This document shows, in pieces, positions 23,801 through 32,023 of a DNA stretch of 32,023 nt. The position numbers and the translations under genes were made by a program. Under the pieces are notes generated by a model that was not told the DNA's origin, searched no databases, and worked only from the letters and a program-made list of their open reading frames with translations. The stretch's first letter is position 1, and every line of letters starts with the position of its first letter. Location: positions 1 through 32,023 of the forward strand of contig JAUCBJ010000272.1 in the NCBI GenBank assembly GCA_032718475.1, given 5' to 3'. Source of the DNA: Nemertoderma westbladi. Taxonomy: Eukaryota > Animalia > Xenacoelomorpha.

Positions 23801-25829
23801 TAATTAATGTTTGTATCCCTAATTAATGTTTGTTTCCCTCATTAATGTTTGTGTCCCTAATTAATGTTTGTGTCCCTAATTAATGTTTGTATCCCTAATT
23901 AATGTTTGTATCCCTAATTAATGTTTGTGTCCCTAATTAATGTTTGTGTCCCTAATTAATGTTTGTGTCCCTAATTAATGTTTGTATCTCTAATTAATGT
24001 TTGTATCCCTAATTAATGTTTGTGTCCCTAATTAATGTTTGTGTCCCTAATTAATGTTTGTGTCCCTAATTAATGTTTGTGTCCCTAATTAATGTTTGTG
24101 TCCCTAATTAATGTTTGTGTCCCTAATTAATGTTTGTATCCCTAATTAATGTTTGTATCCCTAATTAATGTTTGTGTCCCTAATTAATGTTTGTGTCCCT
24201 AATTAATGTTTGTGTCCCTAATTAATGTTTGTGTCCCTCATTAATGTTTGTGTCCCTAATTAATGTTTGTATCCCTAATTAATGTTTGTGTCCCTAATTA
24301 ATGTTTGTGTCCCTAATTAATGTTTGTGTCCCTAATTAATGTTTGTATCCCTAATTAATGTTTGTGTCCCTAATTAATGTTTGTATCCCTAATTAATGTT
24401 TGTGTCCCCAATTAATGTTTGTATCCCTAATTAATGTTTGTATCCCTAATTAATGTTTGTATCCCTAATTAATGTTTGTGTCCCTAATTAATGTTTGTAT
24501 CCCTAATTAATGTTTGTGTCCCTAATTAATGTTTGTATCCCTAATTAATGTTTGTGTCCCCAATTAATGTTTGTATCCCTAATTAATGTTTGTATCCCTA
24601 ATTAATGTTTGTATCCCTAATTAATGTTTGTATCCCTAATTAATGTTTGTGTCCCTTAATGTTTATATCCCTAATTAATGTTTGTGTCCCTAATTAATGT
24701 TTGTGTCCTTAATTAATGTTTATATCCCTAATTAATGTTTGTGTCCCTAATTAATGTTTGTATCCCTAATTAATGTTTGTGTCCCTAATTAATGTTTATA
24801 TCCCTAATTAATGTTTGTGTCCCTAATTAATGTTTGTATCCCTAATTAATGTTTGTGTCCCTAATTAATGTTTGTGTCCCTAATTAATGTTTGTGTCCTT
24901 AATTAATGTTTATATCCCTAATTAATGTTTGTATCCCTAATTAATGTTTATATCCCTAATTAATGTTTGTGTCCCTAATTAATGTTTATATCCCTAATTA
25001 ATGTTTGTGTCCCTAATTAATGTTTGTATCCCTAATTAATGTTTGTGTCCCTAATTAATGTTTGTGTCCCTAATTAATGTTTGTGTCCCTAATTAATGTT
25101 TGTATCCCTAATTAATGTTTGTATCCCTAATTAATGTTTATATCCCTAATTAATGTTTGTATCCCTAATTAATGTTTATATCCCTAATTAATGTTTGTGT
25201 CCCTAATTAATGTTTATATCCCTAATTAATGTTTGTGTCCCTAATTAATGTTTGTATCCCTAATTAATGTTTGTATCCCTAATTAATGTTTGTATCCCTA
25301 ATTAATGTTTGTATCCCTAATTAATGTTTGTATCCCTAATTAATGTTTATATCCCTAATTAATGTTTGTATCCCTAATTAATGTTTATATCCCTAATTAA
25401 TGTTTGTGTCCCTAATTAATGTTTATATCCCTAATTAATGTTTGTGTCCCTAATTAATGTTTGTATCCCTAATTAATGTTTGTATCCCTAATTAATGTTT
25501 GTATCCCTAATTAATGTTTGTATCCCTAATTAATGTTTATATCCCTAATTAATGTTTGTATCCCTAATTAATGTTTGTGTCCCTAATTAATGTTTGTGTC
25601 CCTAATTAATGTTTGTGTCCCTAATTAATGTTTGTATCCCTAATTAATGTTTGTATCCCTAATTAATGTTTATATCCCTAATTAATGTTTGTGTCCCTAA
25701 TTAATGTTTGTGTCCCTAATTAATGTTTGTGTCCCTAATTAATGTTTGTGTCCCTAATTAATGTTTGTGTCCCTAATTAATGTTTGTGTCCCTAATTAAT
25801 GTTTGTGTCCCTAATTAATGTTTGTGTCC
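5892..25829. repeat. 19-bp satellite array, consensus CCCTAATTAATGTTT(G/A)T(G/A)T, ~1,020 monomers, interrupted at 19470-19981
   Basis: Head-to-tail 19-bp period throughout (register shifts 1 nt per 20 nt). There are three main monomer variants (..GTGT, ..GTAT, ..ATAT) and rare 16-, 18-, 20- and 21-bp indel variants. Confidence 0.99.
19470..19982 (+). mobile_element. 5'-truncated RTE-like non-LTR retrotransposon (family B) inserted in the satellite, with a (TAG)7 tail
   Basis: Uninterrupted frame AWVALSKMDTIWKS..FLYGGETWTLTK..RRLRFSGHCWRS..GKRSRGRP..MENREAWK. The stop TAG at 19962-19964 is the first unit of (TAG)7 (19962-19982). It is flanked by gtgtccctaatt at 19458-19469 and 19982-19993. 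Confidence 0.95.
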
Positions 25830-26064
25830 TGGCCTCTATGGTCTTTCCGTAGAATTTAAACTCTGGGATCCTGATCATATAATTAATGTTTAAATTTTTA
25901 CCGCTATCACGTTTGAACCCCAGACATACATACAGCCATTAACTTATTTGCCTTTTGTAAATTTTTTATCCGAAAAAATCACACAAAAAAAACTATATCA
26001 AGTCGATGTTCCAATAGGAACAGTTTCCATCACAGTTTCCATATTGATTATTAATCTATTTAAT

Positions 26065-26070
26065 TTTATT
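26065..26070 (-). promoter_or_regulatory. Candidate polyadenylation signal AATAAA for the minus-strand ORF
   Basis: tttatt on + at 26065-26070, ~185 nt past the stop codon, with a T/GT-rich tract further downstream on the minus strand (~25975-25992). The region is AT-rich, so a chance match is possible. Confidence 0.35.
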
Positions 26071-26253
26071 AACAACAGTAAATCAGCTTCTTTCTATTTT
26101 ACAACCATAATCATTAATGTTATGATATTAAACCGAACCAAAATATAAAAACAGACAGAATCTCTAAGTAAACCCGCTGTAACGCTGGATCACATTGTAT
26201 GTATCCCGATTGTACATCCCGATATAATTAGCTCGTCGGTAAATCCCGTTGAA

Positions 26254-27643
26254 TTAAATCGAATCGCCATCCGAGCCGCTGCTATCCAGATCGAAACTCG
26301 TATCGTCGATGGATCTATTGGTGTATCGGGAGTCCGTGGATATCGCGCTGGGTTGTCGGGTGAGCCGCGAGGTGTTGGCGTCGCTCGCGCGCTCGGCTCG
26401 GGTCGACGAGCCGGGGCTCGCGAGTCGAGCTCGCATCGAGTCCCCCGAGACGGAGGACGCCGAGCTCGAGACGTACCCAGTCCGCGAGGAGTCGGCAATC
26501 CGCGACCGAGTGGAACTCATTGACGAGTTGAGTGATTGGATGGAACCTCCGTAACCATAGCTACTGATTGTGTTGGTCGTTTCGTCATCGATGTTAACCA
26601 TCAGCGAATCAACTGACTCTACGTCGTCGTTGCCCGTAGCAACGGGTTCCTTAAACGTTGTGGAGGTCATCGTCGAGGTGGAATCAACGGAGTCGGTGTC
26701 GGACTCGGTCATAGATTCCGATACCAACGACGACACCGCGTCACTGGTTGCCTTGGTAACTGAGGACATGACGTCATCGTTCTCCAGCTCGATTTTAATA
26801 ATGGCGGCGTCTTTGAACTCTTTGTTGAAGTCGGCCCGTAGCAGTTCGTCGTCCTCCTCAACGCCGCTGTTTGGCGGTTCGGGTTGGACGGCGGCGGTCT
26901 CCGGGGTCAGGGCGAGTTTCTCCGTCCGTCTCGCGTTCAGCATCTCCCGCGCGTCTCGGAACTTCGGTTTGGGCCAACTCGCTGCGGTCGGCGGCTTCCG
27001 CAACTCCGCGCGAATCGACTCGACCCGCGAGTTCATATCGTCCGCGTACAACGCCATCTTGCGGGGAGCCTTTATGAGTCTCTCCAACTCGTCCATATCG
27101 ACTTCCGAATCCGCTGTCGGACTCCGGGGACGTTCGAACGGATCCGCTTTGTGCTTCTGGACGAATCGTCTCGCCTCCCGGTCGACGGCGCGACTCCGGT
27201 CCTCACGGAACCGGCGCCGGAAGCCCGACGTCGTGATGCCCCGGACGCCGCCCAGGTTGGGGTTCCCGTGGCGTCTGTAGTAGCGGCTGTCGGCCGCCGC
27301 GCCACGTCGTTTCGCGTCGGAGTCGACGGCGAACCGGATCCGGAGTCCGGCCGGACACCGCGGATGCGACGGACCGCGACGCCACACCGGAGTCGGATCG
27401 GACTCGACGATCTCTCCTTCCTCCATCTCCTCGTCCCCTAAGGGCCCTGTGGCAGGAGCTGTGGATCCGACGGACCCGGAACCGACAGACCCGGTACCCC
27501 CAACACTCCCCCCTCCCTCCACCTCCATTGGATTCCACGTTTCCTCCTCATCGGAGTCGCTGGCCGACTCGTCGAAACGTTTTAACCGTTTCGTTTTATT
27601 TGATGCCTCCAGATCCGTTTCTGCCAAACCGAATCTCGCTAAC
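26254..27643 (-). CDS. Probable terminal coding exon (~460 codons) of an uncharacterised low-complexity, Ser/Asp/Glu/Arg-rich, probably disordered protein
   Basis: A 1.4-kb stop-free frame coincides closely with a GC-rich island between AT-rich flanks. The ORF-track start is a TTG inside a canonical acceptor (minus strand ttatttgttttttag|G, exon start 27643). Stop TAA is at 26254-26256. No domain recognised. Confidence 0.6.
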
Positions 27644-27660
27644 CTAAAAAACAAATAATT
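27644..27660 (-). promoter_or_regulatory. Candidate 3' splice acceptor (polypyrimidine tract + TAG)
   Basis: The minus strand reads aattatttgttttttag|gttagcgag, close to the AT-to-GC composition boundary. Confidence 0.55.
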
Positions 27661-27777
27661 TTTTATACTATTTAGAATTGACTCTTAATCTCTATTTCCC
27701 TAGTGTATTTCTTTAGTTACTCGCAATACTGACAGTTCGGTACCGGTTTACAGGTTATTTCGGAATTCGGCAATTCG

Positions 27778-28258
27778 GAATGGGCAGCGTTAAATAGTTT
27801 GTCCAGGATTTGGAAGTCCCATAGAATAAAACGAAACCTTAAGGTTAGATTATTTACGGCAGCAGTAGTACCAATACTCCTCTATGGGAGTCCATGCTGG
27901 GCTCTAACTATTGAGGACACCAAATCTCTGGATGGCACATTAACAAGAATGCTACGCCGGGTTCATTGTGTCAAGTACAATGCACACATCTCCAACCAGA
28001 CACTATATAACATTGGAGGTATCTCATTGGTTCCCCCAAGCTTGACACTAGAACAAAATCGCCTCCGCTTTGCAGGACATTGCTTTCGCCGTGAGGACCA
28101 GCCAGTACATAATCGTGTACTTTGGCAGCATCATGGAGTGAATAAGTATGGTGGACAGCCCATGACTTTCGTGAGACGCCTCTTAAAGGACACTGGCCTT
28201 GAACATGCGGATGATCTCACGGAAGTCATGTAGGATCTAGGGAGTTGCGGTGGTGCAA
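27778..28258 (+). mobile_element. RTE-like non-LTR retrotransposon fragment, family A copy 2, truncated at both ends
   Basis: About 90% nucleotide identity by eye to ~4897-5375 (14 differences in the first 180 nt). It encodes WAALNSLSRIWKSHRIKRNLK..LLYGSPCWAL..RLRFAGHCFRREDQPVH. Its 3' end abuts the 64-bp repeat. Confidence 0.92.
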
Positions 28259-28260
28259 CT

Positions 28261-28498
28261 GTCAGTTATTAGTGTCAATATTAGTATAATATTTGTTGAT
28301 ATAAGAGGGCGTTCGTAAAGTATGGTCAGTTATTAGTGTCAATATTAGTAGAATATTGGTTGATATAAGATGGCGTTCGTAAAGTATGGTCAGTTATTAG
28401 TGTCAATATTAGTAGAATATTGGTTGATATACGATGGCGTTCGTAAAGTATGGTCAGTTATTAGTGTCAATATTAGTAGAATATTGGTTGATATACGA
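28261..28498 (-). repeat. 64-bp satellite, left arm, ~3.7 units in reverse orientation
   Basis: gtcagttattagtgtcaatattagtagaatattggttgatataagatggcgttcgtaaagtatg is the reverse complement of the unit in 28643-32023. Units start at 28261, 28325, 28389 and 28453. Confidence 0.97.
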
Positions 28499-28642
28499 CT
28501 ACTCATCGTTGAGTACGCCACTCATCACAGTCGTTTGCAATAAGTTTTTGAACTCAAAGTGGCAATTGTGAAAAAACTTGATGTGGTAGGGCAAATCTGA
28601 AATCAGATTTGGAATCAGCATTGTCTAATTATGTATAATACA

Positions 28643-31600
28643 TAATAACTGACCATACTTTACGAACGCCATCTTATATCAACCAATATTCTACTAATAT
28701 TGACACTAATAACTGACCATACTTTACGAACGCCATCTTATATCAACCAATATTCTACTAATATTGACACTAATAACTGACCATACTTTACGAACGCCCT
28801 CTTATCAACCAATATTCTACTAATATTGACACTAATAACTGACCATACTTTACGAACGCCCTCTTATCAACCAATATTCTACTAATATTGACACTAATAA
28901 CTGACCATACTTTACGAACGCCCTCTTATATCAACCAATATTCTACTAATATTGACACTAATAACTGACCATACTTTACGAACGCCCTCTTATCAACCAA
29001 TATTCTACTAATATTGACACTAATAACTGACCATACTTTACGAACGCCATCTTATATCAACCAATATTCTACTAATATTGACACTAATAACTGACCATAC
29101 TTTACGAACGCCATCTTATCAACCAATATTCTACTAATATTGACACTAATAACTGACCATACTTTACGAACGCCCTCTTATCAACCAATATTCTACTAAT
29201 ATTGACACTAATAACTGACCATACTTTACGAACGCCATCTTATATCAACCAATATTCTACTAATATTGACACTAATAACTGACCATACTTTACGAACGCC
29301 ATCTTATATCAACCAATATTCTACTAATATTGACACTAATAACTGACCATACTTTACGAACGCCCTCTTATATCAACCAATATTCTACTAATATTGACAC
29401 TAATAACTGACCATACTTTACGAACGCCATCTTATATCAACCAATATTCTACTAATATTGACACTAATAACTGACCATACTTTACGAACGCCCTCTTATC
29501 AACCAATATTCTACTAATATTGACACTAATAACTGACCATACTTTACGAACGCCATCTTATATCAACCAATATTCTACTAATATTGACACTAATAACTGA
29601 CCATACTTTACGAACGCCATCTTATATCAACCAATATTCTACTAATATTGACACTAATAACTGACCATACTTTACGAACGCCATCTTATATCAACCAATA
29701 TTCTACTAATATTGACACTAATAACTGACCATACTTTACGAACGCCCTCTTATCAACCAATATTCTACTAATATTGACACTAATAACTGACCATACTTTA
29801 CGAACGCCATCTTATATCAACCAATATTCTACTAATATTGACACTAATAACTGACCATACTTTACGAACGCCATCTTATATCAACCAATATTCTACTAAT
29901 ATTGACACTAATAACTGACCATACTTTACGAACGCCCTCTTATCAACCAATATTCTACTAATATTGACACTAATAACTGACCATACTTTACGAACGCCAT
30001 CTTATATCAACCAATATTCTACTAATATTGACACTAATAACTGACCATACTTTACGAACGCCATCTTATATCAACCAATATTCTACTAATATTGACACTA
30101 ATAACTGACCATACTTTACGAACGCCCTCTTATATCAACCAATATTCTACTAATATTGACACTAATAACTGACCATACTTTACGAACGCCATCTTATATC
30201 AACCAATATTCTACTAATATTGACACTAATAACTGACCATACTTTACGAACGCCATCTTATATCAACCAATATTCTACTAATATTGACACTAATAACTGA
30301 CCATACTTTACGAACGCCATCTTATATCAACCAATATTCTACTAATATTGACACTAATAACTGACCATACTTTACGAACGCCCTCTTATATCAACCAATA
30401 TTCTACTAATATTGACACTAATAACTGACCATACTTTACGAACGCCATCTTATATCAACCAATATTCTACTAATATTGACACTAATAACTGACCATACTT
30501 TACGAACGCCATCTTATATCAACCAATATTCTACTAATATTGACACTAATAACTGACCATACTTTACGAACGCCATCTTATATCAACCAATATTCTACTA
30601 ATATTGACACTAATAACTGACCATACTTTACGAACGCCCTCTTATCAACCAATATTCTACTAATATTGACACTAATAACTGACCATACTTTACGAACGCC
30701 ATCTTATATCAACCAATATTCTACTAATATTGACACTAATAACTGACCATACTTTACGAACGCCATCTTATATCAACCAATATTCTACTAATATTGACAC
30801 TAATAACTGACCATACTTTACGAACGCCATCTTATATCAACCAATATTCTACTAATATTGACACTAATAACTGACCATACTTTACGAACGCCATCTTATA
30901 TCAACCAATATTCTACTAATATTGACACTAATAACTGACCATACTTTACGAACGCCATCTTATCAACCAATATTCTACTAATATTGACACTAATAACTGA
31001 CCATACTTTACGAACGCCATCTTATATCAACCAATATTCTACTAATATTGACACTAATAACTGACCATACTTTACGAACGCCCTCTTATATCAACCAATA
31101 TTCTACTAATATTGACACTAATAACTGACCATACTTTACGAACGCCCTCTTATATCAACCAATATTCTACTAATATTGACACTAATAACTGACCATACTT
31201 TACGAACGCCATCTTATATCAACCAATATTCTACTAATATTGACACTAATAACTGACCATACTTTACGAACGCCCTCTTATATCAACCAATATTCTACTA
31301 ATATTGACACTAATAACTGACCATACTTTACGAACGCCCTCTTATATCAACCAATATTCTACTAATATTGACACTAATAACTGACCACACTTTACGAACG
31401 CCCTCTTATCAACCAATATTCTACTAATATTGACACTAATAACTGACCATACTTTACGAACGCCATCTTATATCAACCAATATTCTACTAATATTGACAC
31501 AAATAACTGACCATACTTTACGAACGCCATCTTATATCAACCAATATTCTACTAATAATGACACTAATAACTGACCATACTTTACGAACGCCCTCTTATA

Positions 31601-32023
31601 TCAACCAATATTCTACTAATATTGACACTAATAACTGACCATACTTTACGAACGCCCTCTTATATCAACCAATATTCTACTAATATTGACACTAATAACT
31701 GACCATACTTTACGAACGCCCTCTTATATCAACCAATATTCTACTAATATTGACACTAATAACTGACCATACTTTACGAACGCCATCTTATATCAACCAA
31801 TATTCTACTAATATTGACACTAATAACTGACCATACTTTACGAACGCCCTCTTATATCAACCAATATTCTACTAATATTGACACTAATAACTGACCATAC
31901 TTTACGAACGCCATCTTATATCAACCAATATTCTACTAATATTGACACTAATAACTGACCATACTTTACGAACGCCATCTTATATCAACCAATATTCTAC
32001 TAATATTGACACTAATAACTGAC
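28643..32023 (+). repeat. 64-bp (62-bp variant) satellite, right arm, ~53 units, running to the window end
   Basis: Unit TAATAACTGACCATACTTTACGAACGCC(A/C)TCTTAT(AT)CAACCAATATTCTACTAATATTGACAC. The copies are nearly identical, with two recurrent polymorphisms. Confidence 0.99.

Noticed and set aside
5892-25829. True terminal telomere
   Set aside because: Non-repeat DNA flanks both sides, the hexamers are never contiguous, and the long higher-order blocks point to recombinational amplification rather than telomerase addition.
5750-25950. Terminal inverted repeats or TSD enclosing the 19-bp array
   Set aside because: I found no convincing inverted or direct match between the two flanks by eye.
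26190-27658. Overlapping ORFs 26190-26498, 26309-26554, 26570-27280, 26871-27077, 26884-27441, 27072-27305, 27203-27538 and 27449-27658
   Set aside because: These are shadow frames expected in GC-rich, stop-poor sequence opposite or overlapping the long minus-strand ORF.
5892-32023. CRISPR-like arrays
   Set aside because: Both arrays are head-to-tail repeats without unique spacers, there are no cas genes, and the context is eukaryotic.

Overview
This is a repeat-dominated eukaryotic window, probably from an invertebrate animal (inference). It has no recognisable housekeeping gene, RNA gene or CRISPR array. From left to right: ~4.2 kb of AT-rich unique or decayed DNA; a dead RTE-type non-LTR retrotransposon fragment (4190-5431); an 11-bp minisatellite; a ~20-kb array of ~1,020 copies of a 19-bp satellite (CCCTAATTAATGTTTRTRT) carrying the telomere hexamer CCCTAA, with nested higher-order repeats and one young RTE insertion with a (TAG)7 tail and an apparent target-site duplication; a GC/CpG-rich ~1.4-kb minus-strand orphan ORF that looks like a spliced terminal exon; a second copy of the first RTE family; and a 64-bp satellite laid out as asymmetric inverted arms (3.7 vs ~53 units) around a 144-bp hairpin-rich spacer, running to the window end. 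I cannot show a new biological system from sequence alone. The best leads are the foldback-like inverted satellite, the telomere-motif satellite, the orphan exon, and the coincident 5' breakpoints of two different LINE families. Counts and identities are estimated by eye.
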